The position numbers were made by a program, and so were the translations under genes. The notes beneath the pieces were generated by a model. It was not told where the DNA came from. It saw only the letters and a program-made list of their open reading frames with translations, and did not search any database. Of a stretch of 64,000 nt of DNA, positions 26,622 through 39,186 are shown in pieces (position 1 is the first letter of the stretch; each line of letters begins with the position of its first letter). This stretch comes from Antedon mediterranea (taxonomy: Eukaryota; Animalia; Echinodermata), in assembly GCF_964355755.1 (NCBI RefSeq), contig NC_092675.1:17456912-17520911 (forward strand), read 5' to 3'.

Positions 26622-27470
26622 AAACTAGAAAGCCACTCTAAGAGTGCATACCTCTGCCTACTGTAAAATTCATCTACATCAGATTTAGTCACTGGAAAGT
26701 GTGTGTCTTAATGCTGTGTGTGATTTAGGCTAATTTCACTACAAGCATGTGTATGTGAGTTTGGTGTAAAGGTTATGTAACCCACCTTTCAACTAACAAT
26801 AGCTTCAGCCGACTAACAATAGAAACAACTCGGTAACAACCAGACACTTTTTAATATGATATAAAAATGTAAAAATAAGGTTTTTAAAAAAAAGTAACCT
26901 TATGAGTGTATGAAAAGCTATAATTTTTAATAGTTTGGAAAATATTATAATTGTCAAGAAGGTGCATGGTTCTTAAATAAAAAAAAATGTTGTTTTTTGG
27001 TAACATATTTAGTTCTTTAATTCTAAAAAGAAATGACAAGTATAAATTGGGATTTAGTTGTCTGTTAGTGTTATAGGATTTAAGTAAACCTCATTGTTTT
27101 ATTTTAAATATCATTATTTTAAATGGAAATATGTATATATCTCATAATTTTTTTACCACTTAAATATCCTGAAAGTATAACAGTAGCTTGATATCATACA
27201 TGTTAAGATTGCTAAAAGTTGAAAAAAAATATCGTGGAATTGCCCAAATCAAATTCTTGCCTCTTGTACAAAAATGAAGTTTTTTGGACAAGTAGTTCTC
27301 GAGAAAATACAATTTTAGTTTACTTGTTACTTTAAGACTGCTCACTGGCTTTTGAAATTTCTGTCAATCTTTTAACACTAGCAAGCCTGAAAATAATTTT
27401 AAAAAGTGGTCCAGAATTGGGACCGTGGTCCGGATTGCCTCCAAATTTTTGATCGAATCTGATGTGGGAT
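26622..27470 (-). mobile_element. Helentron-associated non-autonomous element (HINE/DINE-like) remnant
   Basis: The reverse complement of 26622-26663 reads CAGTAGGCAGAGGTATGCACTCTTAGAGTGGCTTTCTAGTT (subTIR + hairpin + CTAGT), similar to the Helentron end at 48265-48300. The right boundary is approximate. Confidence 0.55.
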
Positions 27471-27619
27471 ACTCTTTGTGGATGTATTGTTGTATCTATC
27501 AATGATTACAACTTGATTAGAAAACTGTTTGATGTACAGTAGACTACAGTACATATTTCTCCATAATTTGATCATACAGTATGTATCTCCTTTCTTTCAT
27601 TCTATTCTTTTAAGTTCAA

Positions 27620-28063
27620 CACTCTTTGGTTTGTCAAGTTACGAATTGGTGAAACTTACATAATAGCTGAGGACACAAACATCCTTGTTTTACTGTGTAA
27701 TCGAATACAATCGAAAACTATTGGGTTGTTCATGAAATCTGAAAAAGCCAATTCAAAACATCTTTTATGGGACATAAAGGTTACTAGTGTTAAACTAGAG
27801 AGATCAGTTTTGCAGATTTTTGCCATTTCTTCACGCTCTTTGTGGATGTGATACCACCTCATCTATACAGCATCGGGAAAGGGATAGTTTTAAAGAAAAA
27901 AGAGTTACTAATGCAACACGGAGAACCATTTCTTTCAAGATATTCGAATCACGATACAATTAAGAAAGCTGGTGAAAGAGCCCTTGTTAATGTTAATTTG
28001 TATGGTGGATGTGAAGAAAGCAGTAATGACCTGCGCCATAAGAAATTCAATGAAAAAGTTTAA
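27620..28063 (+). pseudogene. Decayed fragment of a transposon-associated ORF (PFLHALCGCDTTS motif)
   Basis: About 27820-27862 translates as LPFLHALCGCDTTS, followed by SIGKG..KAGERALV..LYGG; multiple frameshifts. Family assignment is uncertain. Confidence 0.45.
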
Positions 28064-29082
28064 AAAAAACATTTGTAGCATAGATAACTAGGGTTTTTTA
28101 TAAGGTATAATGAAATCAAATGTGCTATTCCGAATGTTTAGGGTCATATATTTAGGTTTATATTTGTGTTTAATACATTCTTATACAAAATACTTGATGG
28201 TTTACGAGATAATTATGGTCAAAAGTTTCAAATGGCAGCCATTTTAAATTTTTGCAAATTAGCTAATTTATAATGGGCAGATCAGGGTAGATTTTGCATA
28301 TGATAATATCTACATATAGTTGAGCATGTTTCAGCAAAAAAACAAACTGTTGCAATTTTTTTGACTGAGAAGTCTATTTCCACTCATCTAGTATTGTAAT
28401 AAAGTTTATTTGTATGTGTTAAATATATCTAACAGTACCCACACTCATCAATTCAAATGGCGACCAAGTGATTAATACGTATTTACAGTATTGTCAAAGT
28501 ATTGCATCCTAAAGGTTTTAAGTTCTCCAAAGGCCCATAAATTTACATACTTGTGTTAAACCAAAGCAACAAAAAATAAATAAAAAACGATATTTGAATT
28601 TAAAACTATTTTAACGTTAGGCCTATACACAGTTTTTTGTTACATTTACAGTATTACACATTTTGAAAAATGTTGCAAAAGGTAAAAGTTATATGGACAA
28701 ACAAAAACAGCATGTAAATCTTGACAACCACTCACTGGTCATCGAGGTAATTTTCAAAATGTGTAATCAAGCCAGAAATTATGTTTGACCATGCTAAATC
28801 AATTTCTGAAGTAACATTTTATGGACCTCACTTAAAGTGCATACTTACGAAAGTTGATGCGCAACAACTACATATTTTGTTAAATTATTAATCAGGCCCG
28901 TAACATTAACTTTCCCACATTTTTAACAAATAACAAATATGCATCCCACTTAAAATTTCTATGAATTTGCAAAATTTGCTCAAATCATATATTTGTTAAA
29001 CTTATTATTATAATTGCTTTTCCTTTAGTTGCTTGAAAATATATCTGGATGTAAAAGCTGAGATTTCCTATGGCCATTGATC

Positions 29083-32000
29083 ATGGCTGACAACTACAAA
29101 GAATTGTCAAGATCTGGCTGGACTGTTGTTAGTGATAAAGGGAGAGTATTTGTAAGTTAATTTATGTTTAATAGTGTGTGTATTAGTACACCTTCCTATG
29201 TACCAGAGTTGTCACTAGGTTACTTACAGTTGATTTCCCACAATACTATAAAGGTAACTAGACTTGAACTCGTCACTTCGGACGAGTTAGGTTATCCGCA
29301 GCGCAAAGGCCACGTGCACGTCATACGTTAGAATATTGCGCGCAGAAAAACGATTATGCCATTGAAATAATGTTAGTGCGCTCACTATTTTGTGTCACGT
29401 CAAAGTATATACGGTATACGCTATATTCTGTATACGTACTACATACAGTGCAGAATAGGTGAAAATAAGGGACCCAAGTTATTGACGCTTTTGGACATGA
29501 TGACGTCATCACAATTTAAAAAATGGTAGATTATGCGAAAGAAAATTGATTGGCCTAGACAATATAACAAAATGGGGGGAAATGGAATACGGATAAGTGG
29601 AGATGCGCTCTATTAAATGTGATGAGCTATGCGAAAGAGACAAAAATCCTATATTTTATATTCGAGTGGCCATACGATGACGTCGCAATGTCCGGTTAGC
29701 CATATCGATGCATGATTTGATATTTACAACTCATCTACTTCCAGAATCTGAAATTTTAAAAATTTTCACCTCGGAGTTTAGAATCTATGACTTTTTAAAA
29801 AAAGGCATAATTTTCACGAATTTTTGAACTTTTTCATCAAAAACGCGCGCAAATTGTTCAATTCTACGTGCTCGTATGACGTGATTTTAAGTCGAAATTG
29901 TTTGAAAGTTGGTAAAATTACTAGAGAAGGCTGAAAAAACAAAAATCAAGCCAAAAAAAACATGTTTTTGCCTTACGTGCGCACGCGCACGTAAAAAAAT
30001 TGCGCACGCGTGGGAATTCTTGAAATGCTCAAAATGACATGAAACGCGTAGAAAGTTGATTAGAAATGAATTTTGCGCATTTTGAAATTTTGAACGCGCG
30101 TGCGCGCGTAACTTTATATAAAACATGCCATTTTTAATCCATAGAAAGTTTGCGCATGATATAACTTAAATTTTCACCAAGTTTCAATAGAAAATGACTT
30201 TTTGTTTTTAATCTATGATCAATCATTGAAATTCATAAAATTGCGCGTAACTTACGCTGCGCAACTCGAAAATCAAAAAACAAAGTTTCTTGCACATCTA
30301 CAGATATAGGTCAATCTTATGACAAAGTTATACAATCATTTGTTAGCCAGAATTAGAGATATGCTTGCAACAAAATTCGTGGAAAGAAAGAAGAATATAG
30401 AAAAAAAAAAAAAAGAAAAAAAAAAAAAAAAAAGATCCTGACAATAACAAGGGGTTATCCGCCAAGTGCGGATAACCAAATAGTACATGGTTTGGCAATA
30501 AAAAAAAAGAATAGTTCTTAGAAGAGAGAAAAAATGTGTGTTGTGTTTTTCCCAGGATGAGATCTAGACATATTAATTGTCACACTTTTACTCTAACCCA
30601 TAGATTATGATTTAGTAGAACCAAAGAAAGCTTTCTAATAGGTATCAATGTCTGATCATTGAGTTCAACATTTTGTTTTTAAGTCATTTATTAAATTGAT
30701 AAAAATCTCTCTTAATTAGGGATCAGAAAGTGATGACAGTGGTGAACAATCTGACTTTGTTGCACTTGAGAAAGATGTTGCACATTTTTATCACAGTAGT
30801 ACCAGTATAAAAGTTGAAAGAGATGAACCAGATACTGACAAAAATGCAGATAATCCAGTATCTCCGCTAGATACAGAATCTTTGGAAGAATTCGATGAAG
30901 CAGAACCTTTAGAAAAGGTAGCAGGTAATTCTGAAGAAGTTGATATTACTGAGAATTATTCTCCTGCTGTTGTTAGATGCTCTGATGGCTTACAAGATCA
31001 GGTTGTCATAGTTCCTACTATTGAAAGAGAAATTTCAATCAGTGATGTCATTGAAGAAAATGTAAGAGCTCGATTAAACATCAGTCGATCTTACTCCTCA
31101 TCTGCATCAAGCACCTTTACTAGTAGTTTCCTGCTAAAAGAAATACCCAATGGAAAACTTGGAATGGGTAGTGATAGCTCAGATACAAATGAAGATGGCA
31201 ATGGTGTAGAATGTGGTGGCATCTCTGATAGACTACAAGATGTCTGTCTATCTAAACAAGTTTTTTCAGAGAACAATGAAAAAGGTAAGTCCTATATCAT
31301 CTAGTTGATGTGAATAATTTATTCTTATCCATGAAACAAATCATGCCTGAAATTCTAAGTATTAAAGTTAACATTCATATTTCTTTCAAGAAGAAAGGGT
31401 GAGTGATTCAGACTCAGATTTTGAACATCTTAGTCAAGATGAAATTCCAAACAATGAAGGTGGTCAAGAATCTGATTCAATCGAACCAATAGGTCTTCTT
31501 AGTGAATTAAATTCAAGACTACTAAAATCTGAGGAAAATCTTCCTTTGTTTCCAACATCATCAGATGATTCAGACACTTCAAGACTATTTAATCCAGGAA
31601 GAGGACATAGAGGTACAGTAATCTTTATTAAAATTTGTAATAATAATATATTAGCAAGCAATACTGTGCCCTTGGCACATGCATAATCATCATCTACTAT
31701 TCCCATAAACATTTTGCATATTACACTACATGTAATAGGTAGTTATTCATTTATTACTCATTTTTCGTCAACTATCAGGGATTAGAAAAAGAGTGTTGGC
31801 TGGCCGCTCCAGACACAGTTCAGCATCAAAAACAGCAGCAGCAGGAATAGACAAATCTAAAGAGAGGGATAATGCTTGGACAATTTGGATGGATCATGGT
31901 AGACTCCTATATTATATTCTATTACTTATAATTGCATTGGTCATTGGTTATTATATAGGTAAGTAAAAATATAAACTGTACAGTACATAGCTATTGATCA

Positions 32001-35000
32001 AATATAACAGAGTTCAGACATATCAAGGAGTGGAGTTGTGGCTTGGTGGTTATGATGCTTGGCTACCACTCCAAGGGTCCTGAGTTGAAGTCCTGTCACA
32101 TGTCAGGATTTTTTCTAAGGACTAAATTACTCCACTCCCAAAGACTTGTAATAAGACTTTGTTTATGTAGAGCATCTTGTGTATACGTTTGCCTTGTGAA
32201 CCTCTGAGGGTCCCTAATGATCAGCAATAGCTGGATGGATCACCCTCATTAAATATGGTTAAAAAAAAAAAATATGTTGTTTTGCATGGTCTTCTTGACA
32301 AGTACTAAACATATACATTCATTTTTGTTTTGTTTTTAATATTTTGACGATTTTCAGGGTCTTCGAAAATATTCAGCTACAAACAACACTTAGAACAAGG
32401 ACAGACTCAACGACTACACACACTTCAAGATGAGTTACTTACTTGCCTCAAATCTGAAGAAATCCACAATGACAAAGGTGTATTAAATGAACACAAGATT
32501 CAAGATCCTGGTGTTACAGTAATGCCGACAAAATTTGACAAGAAACAGTTGTTAACTGAAGATGTGCAATTATTGTACAATAACGATATTGCTATGAAGA
32601 AAATGAATGCAGTTGGTGAAGATGATTGGGTGTTTGTTGAAGATGCCATTGGAAATAGTCATGGGAGCACAGATAGTGAAAATATTGCTATTAAAACTGA
32701 AGATTCCTTTGAAAAGAGCAATAAGAGTACAGAAAATGAAAAGATGACTATTGGAGAGGACTGGAAGGATATGGAAGATACCATTGAAAGTAGTAAACAA
32801 ATGGAAGAAAATGAAAAGATGACTATTGGTGGAGGAGACTGGATGGATATAGAAGATGCCATTGAAAGTAGTAAACAAATGGAAGAAGATGAAAAGATGA
32901 CTATTGGTGGTGGAGATTCGATGGATATGGAAGATACCATTGAAAGTAGTAAACAAATGAAAGAAAATGAAAAGATGACTATCGGCGGTGGCGATTGGAT
33001 GGATATGGAAGATGCCATTGAAAGTAGTAAACAAATGGAAAAAAATGAAAAGATCACTATTGGTGGAGGAGACTGGATGGATATAGAAGATGCCATTGAA
33101 AGTAGTAAACAAATGGAAGAAGATGAAAAGATGACTATTGGTGGAGGAGACTGGATGGATATAGAAGATGCCATTGAAAGTAGTAAACAAATGGAAGAAG
33201 ATGAAAAGATGACTATTGGTGGAGGAGACGGTATGGATATGGAAGATGTCATTGAAAGTAGTAAACAAATGGAAGAAAATGAAAAGATGACTATTGGTGG
33301 TGGAGATTGGATGGATATGGAAGATGCCATTGAAAGTAGTAAACAAATGGAAGAAAATGAAAAGATGACTATTGGTGGTGGAGATTGGATGGATATGGAA
33401 GATGCCACTGAAAGTAGTGATGAAAGTACAGATAGTGAGAAAATTACTGTCAGTAATAGAAACTTGATGGATAATGAAAATGTTATTAATGGAAGTATGG
33501 AACATGAAAAGATGGCTAGTGGTGGTGAAGAAACCTCTATTGATAAAATATCAAAATATGATAGACGACTAAGTGAACTGGAAGCTCATTACAAAGAAAT
33601 ACAAGAGTTATTTAAACAAAAGATGCTGCAACCAGATCATAATGTACAAGAACTCTATCAGAAAATTAAATCACTAGAATCCCAGCTTAAAATAGCATCT
33701 GAAGGTCTAGAATCTAGATATCAAGTAAAACCAGATAACAATGTAGATGACAGCTCTAGTGGAATTCCTACATCATCATTTGATGAAACAAATTGGATGA
33801 GTATGCTTTCCTTTGATAGTTTTAAAAAGAAATTTGATGGTACTGTTGGTAAACTAGACCCCAGTGCCATCTGGTTCTACTATGATAAAACGAAAGAAGT
33901 AATTGGTGTTGCAAATAAGGCTACTTTGGATACTATTGGCAAAGTTTATGATTATACAAAATCTGATGAATTTGTATCTAATATTGCTAACACCCAGAAA
34001 AATGTTAAAGAAACATTGAACACTGTCAATGAGGCTATGTATAGTCAATGGCAAGCAGTTAAAAAGTCATCAGAAGATATGTCCGACTATGTCAAAGAGA
34101 CTGGTAAAAAGGCAAAGAAAACATTTAAAGAGAGATCTGAACAGGTAAAGAAAAAAATGTCAACAATGGATTTTGAAGAGAAGTGGCAAAAACTGAAGAA
34201 TACATCACAAGGGATAATAAACAAAACAAAGTCAACCTTACATGATTTGTCAGAAAAAGTTCTCAATTACTCTCAATCTGATGAATTTCAATTATCTTTG
34301 GCCAAGACTAAAGACCGAATGTTAGAGACCCTAGATGAAGCCGTCAAAAACACAAGGGAATCGGTCAGTGAGTTAGGGGACACCCTGGCTGATACATGGT
34401 CAACTGTGAAATTTAGCATGAAGGATATCAAATCAAAAGCAACAGATAACTGGGAAGCTGTTAAAGAGAAAACTGGTTTTGGGAAAAAGAACAATTATAA
34501 AAAGAAGAAAGAACATCATAAAAGAAATAAGAAAGTACCTCATATGAATGAGAAAGAACACCTGAAACCATATAATAAAAGGAACAGAAATCAGGGAATG
34601 ATACATAAAAATGTAGAAGTGGAATACGAACACCAAACTAATAAGAAAAAATCTTTAAAAAAAACCCTAGAAAGTATCGAGAATATGCATACATTACTAA
34701 CAGGAAATTGGAGACAATTGTATGAAAAACATTTTACGATCAATTGCAGAGGTGACCAGGCATGTATGAACATTCAAAGAGATGATGCAGAAATTCTAAT
34801 TCAAGAATTAATGAAATACAATAACTGGTTGCTGAAAAATAACTATAAAAAAGATGCAAAGAAAATTAAAATGTTCGTCAATGAACTTTGGCCTTTGGTA
34901 AATGGCAACTATGTTGATGACCAAATGCTGGAAGATCTGAAAGAAAGTTTGGGTGAAATTCTGAAAAGTATGAACCAAAGAGCACAGAAACACAGATTGC

Positions 35001-35422
35001 AATATCCAGAACAAAGTGACACTTTGAAAAAGAAGCAAAGAAAAGATGGACGTAAATTTGCAGGAGAAGGATTCCAAAGTGATGATGAGGATTGGTATTC
35101 GAAAAGGATGAAGGGGAGAGATAAAAACAGACATAACAAACCAGAAGAAGGAAATAACTATGATTGGTTCACACTGAGAGGTATAGAGCGTAAAAAGGCA
35201 AGACAAAGTGATGCATCAATAGACGGAGATTGGTTTCTGGAGAGAGGTAAAGACCGAGAAGACCTCCGGAGAGAGTGGGTATCAAAAAAAGAAACTGCTG
35301 ATCGAGACTGGTACTTTAAGTGGACTCAATACAGGAGTGATATGAGGACTGGGATGTCTATGTGGGATCTTTATAACTGGTTTCGTGATTGGCATGATCA
35401 CCGTTACCTCATGAGACACTAA
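29083..35422 (+). CDS. CCPG1: CCPG1/PBXIP1-family type II ER membrane protein (putative ER-phagy receptor), about 1366 aa, 5 coding exons
   Basis: Phase-compatible GT-AG exons 29083-29151, 30720-31284, 31391-31612, 31779-31958, 32358-35422 (4101 nt). N-terminal SGWTVVS (LIR, cf. CCPG1 GWTVIS); acidic cytosolic region with FIR-like SDFVALE and SDSDFEHL; basic IRKRV patch; single TM LLYYILLLIIALVIGYYIG; then a coiled coil (QRLHTLQDELLTCL) and a long luminal tail. Convergent with PIGB as in human. Confidence 0.8.
29256..30482 (-). mobile_element. HINE/DINE-1-like non-autonomous Helentron element in a CCPG1-like intron
   Basis: AACTAG end + hairpin AACTCGTC-ACTTCG-GACGAGTT + subTIR GGTTATCCGC; the other end is GGTTATCCGC-CAAGT-GCGGATAACC next to an A/GAA-rich microsatellite. 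Confidence 0.75.
32034..32272 (+). mobile_element. tRNA-derived SINE with L2-type 3' stem-loop and A tail (second copy about 37248-37485 inside the duplication)
   Basis: A-box-like TGGCTTGGTGG, B-box-like GAGTTGAAGTCC, tail GAGGGTCCC..GATCACCCTC followed by A12. Confidence 0.65.
32731..33420 (+). repeat. Coding tandem repeat, 9 copies of a 78-bp (26-aa) unit
   Basis: EENEKMTIGGGDWMDMEDAIESSKQM x9 (first unit 3 bp shorter), with degenerate units on both flanks. Confidence 0.97.
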
Positions 35423-36457
35423 TATTTTCAATTTTTAGATAACATGATCATGTTATAACTAAATTGAAATGTTTATACTGTATTTAAATACACCATGAAT
35501 CCCTTGAGATCAAGGGTAGCAACATTTTTATATAGTCATTGTGGTTCAACAATATTTCTGGTTTCAAAGAGGCATAAATTTATGATTACAAATATAGAGA
35601 TTATATTTAAATAAATTGGGCAGGGGTTTGGTTTAGTGTTAAAATAGTTTTGATTTATATAAACAATTTTGACAAAATCGTGATCATACAGTGATACCAT
35701 TGGTTAAAAAGTAAAATTAATATATAATTTATTATTATCTGTAATTATAAATTTTATTTATATTGAAGATTTATGGGGAGAAGCATTATGTATGTGTTGC
35801 CATAAAGTACATACAATAGCTTTAGGGGCTAGCTCAGTTTTCAAAATGTGTGTTATTTTTATTGTAATATATTAACCCCACTTAGTAAAAAAAAAAAGTG
35901 GTGCTATATGATTTTCTTGTAATGTTATAAAATAGGAAATCCACCACCATTTTCTTTGATAAAAAAGTATATAAATTGAAGGAACAATATTTTACAGAAA
36001 AATACTATTTTTATTAGTTGTCCATTGGCATTTACAAGTAATTTAAAATCAATAAATTTGCTATCTTATAACACGAAAAAAGTCCTGTAGCACCACTTAA
36101 CTTTAGCACCACTTAATAAAAGTAACCCTCATTCTTTTATCAACGTTGTTGCAAAGGTTTAATTTTTACTATTTTCTTATCAAATAAATTTAAACAACAT
36201 TAATTACATCAAACAGGCAAAAGAGATTCAAGGATAGCCCATGAAAGTCATTAGTTAAAATAGACTTATTTCCAATTGGGTTCTTTGAGAAAATATAAAA
36301 AATAACAAGATATAACAAATATAAATAATAACCAAAATGCACAAGTTAAAAAGCAGTATGTAGATATTTTGTTTGACTTGTTTTAGAATTCAATATATAG
36401 TTTGCTAGCAGGCTCTACTTGGCCAAAAAAACTTCAAGAAAAAAATAAATTTTATTA

Positions 36458-36790
36458 CAGTTAGAACCCCTATGGACACCCCTATTGTAATATGAGGACA
36501 CCCTATTACAGGGATACACTTGAGTGTACCAAATTGTATACCCCTATTACAGGGACTTACAGGGACACACTTGAGTGTATCAAATGGTATATCCTAGGGA
36601 CACACTTGAGTGTACCAAATGGTATACCCCTATTACAAGGACACACTTGAGTGTACCAAATGGTATACCCCTTTACAGGGTTTTTTTGGTAGTACCTTTA
36701 ATAAACTCTTAAAACACTTTCGGGACCCAACAAATTGTCCCCTTAATAGGAGTGTCCTCTCTATGAGTACATTTAAAGTTTATTGCTTTA
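36458..36790. mobile_element. MITE with ~40-bp internal tandem repeats in the probable 3'UTR
   Basis: Begins TA|CAGTTAGAACCCC; four to five GGGACACACTTGAGTGTACCAAATGGTATACCCCTATTACA units. Confidence 0.6.
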
Positions 36791-36892
36791 CTTAGTTTAA
36801 TGTATATCACTAAGAATAGAAAACAGAAATGTTATTGAAAGGATTTTTTTTGTGTTGGAAAATAATGTGCATTAATTTTTGAAAATGTTAGA

Positions 36893-36898
36893 AATAAA
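36893..36898 (+). terminator. Candidate polyadenylation signal of the CCPG1-like gene
   Basis: AATAAA followed by T-rich and TGTGTGG sequence. Other AATAAA motifs exist upstream in the 3' region, so this is not unique. Confidence 0.4.
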
Positions 36899-37196
36899 GT
36901 TTTTCAATTTCTTTATTTATCCTGTGTGGGGAAATTTCATCAAGGACTGAAAAATACATTTTAAAAAATACACAAATCATATTTAAACGCAACGTCTTAA
37001 ATCTACAGAATTCTTAATACTATATGACCCATGAGCAAATATATTTGCAACCTTTATTTAACAGTCTAATACTGTGGTTGCAACAAAACAATTTTGAACT
37101 CATGAAATAGGGTATGTTCCGGTGTTTTTAATATATATTTACATTTAGCTAAAATCTGTTTGTCACAGAAAGATGAAATATTTTGGTAATTTTTGT

Positions 37197-39178
37197 GTAC
37201 ATAGCTATTGATCAAATATAACAGAGTTCAGACATATCAAGGAGTGGAGTTGTGGCTTGGTGGTTATGATGCTTGGCTACCACTCCAAGGGTCCTGAGTT
37301 GAAGTCCTGTCACATGTCAGGATTTTTTCTAAGGACTAAATTACTCCACTCCCAAAGACTTGTAATAAGACTTTGTTTATGTAGAGCATCTTGTGTATAC
37401 GTTTGCCTTGTGAACCTCTGAGGGTCCCTAATGATCAGCAATAGCTGGATGGATCACCCTCATTAAATATGGTTAAAAAAAAAAATATGTTGTTTTGCAT
37501 GGTCTTCTTGACAAGTACTAAACATATACATTCATTTTTGTTTTGTTTTTAATATTTTGACGATTTTCAGGGTCTTCGAAAATATTCAGCTACAAACAAC
37601 ACTTAGAACAAGGACAGACTCAACGACTACACACACTTCAAGATGAGTTACTTACTTGCCTCAAATCTGAAGAAATCCACAATGACAAAGGTGTATTAAA
37701 TGAACACAAGATTCAAGATCCTGGTGTTACAGTAATGCCGACAAAATTTGACAAGAAACAGTTGTTAACTGAAGATGTGCAATTATTGTACAATAACGAT
37801 ATTGCTATGAAGAAAATGAATGCAGTTGGTGAAGATGATTGGGTGTTTGTTGAAGATGCCATTGGAAATAGTCATGGGAGCACAGATAGTGAAAATATTG
37901 CTATTAAAACTGAAGATTCCTTTGAAAAGAGCAATAAGAGTACAGAAAATGAAAAGATGACTATTGGAGAGGACTGGAAGGATATGGAAGATACCATTGA
38001 AAGTAGTAAACAAATGGAAGAAAATGAAAAGATGACTATTGGTGGAGGAGACTGGATGGATATAGAAGATGCCATTGAAAGTAGTAAACAAATGGAAGAA
38101 GATGAAAAGATGACTATTGGTGGTGGAGATTCGATGGATATGGAAGATACCATTGAAAGTAGTAAACAAATGAAAGAAAATGAAAAGATGACTATCGGCG
38201 GTGGCGATTGGATGGATATGGAAGATGCCATTGAAAGTAGTAAACAAATGGAAAAAAATGAAAAGATCACTATTGGTGGAGGAGACTGGATGGATATAGA
38301 AGATGCCATTGAAAGTAGTAAACAAATGGAAGAAGATGAAAAGATGACTATTGGTGGAGGAGACTGGATGGATATAGAAGATGCCATTGAAAGTAGTAAA
38401 CAAATGGAAGAAGATGAAAAGATGACTATTGGTGGAGGAGACGGTATGGATATGGAAGATGTCATTGAAAGTAGTAAACAAATGGAAGAAAATGAAAAGA
38501 TGACTATTGGTGGTGGAGATTGGATGGATATGGAAGATGCCATTGAAAGTAGTAAACAAATGGAAGAAAATGAAAAGATGACTATTGGTGGTGGAGATTG
38601 GATGGATATGGAAGATGCCACTGAAAGTAGTGATGAAAGTACAGATAGTGAGAAAATTACTGTCAGTAATAGAAACTTGATGGATAATGAAAATGTTATT
38701 AATGGAAGTATGGAACATGAAAAGATGGCTAGTGGTGGTGAAGAAACCTCTATTGATAAAATATCAAAATATGATAGACGACTAAGTGAACTGGAAGCTC
38801 ATTACAAAGAAATACAAGAGTTATTTAAACAAAAGATGCTGCAACCAGATCATAATGTACAAGAACTCTATCAGAAAATTAAATCACTAGAATCCCAGCT
38901 TAAAATAGCATCTGAAGGTCTAGAATCTAGATATCAAGTAAAACCAGATAACAATGTAGATGACAGCTCTAGTGGAATTCCTACATCATCATTTGATGAA
39001 ACAAATTGGATGAGTATGCTTTCCTTTGATAGTTTTAAAAAGAAATTTGATGGTACTGTTGGTAAACTAGACCCCAGTGCCATCTGGTTCTACTATGATA
39101 AAACGAAAGAAGTAATTGGTGTTGCAAATAAGGCTACTTTGGATACTATTGGCAAAGTTTATGATTATACAAAATCTG
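37197..39178 (+). repeat. Near-identical duplication of 31983-33965 (intron end plus 5' half of the CCPG1-like last exon), flanked by a 309-bp direct repeat (36887-37195 = 39182-39490)
   Basis: Base-for-base match apart from one A in a homopolymer; the flanking repeat copies differ by one substitution that I could see. Confidence 0.97.
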
Positions 39179-39186
39179 TTAGTTAG
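37571..39186 (+). CDS. Duplicated, truncated CCPG1-like terminal exon (alternative last exon or pseudo-exon)
   Basis: Retains acceptor TTTTCAG at 37570 and an open frame to ..YDYTKSVS* at 39186, with AATAAA at 39188-39193. Expression is unknown. Confidence 0.45.

Noticed and set aside
32570-33505. Long antisense ORFs (311 aa and 249 aa, also at 37783-38718)
   Set aside because: Shadow frames of the 78-bp coding repeat with low-complexity products.
32522-35422. 966-aa ORF as a stand-alone single-exon gene
   Set aside because: The frame is open from the acceptor at 32357 and joins upstream exons in phase, so ATG 32522 is internal.
36887-37195. LTRs or a giant TSD flanking a retrocopy
   Set aside because: The insert retains intron sequence and has no poly(A), and the repeats lack TG..CA ends, PBS or PPT.
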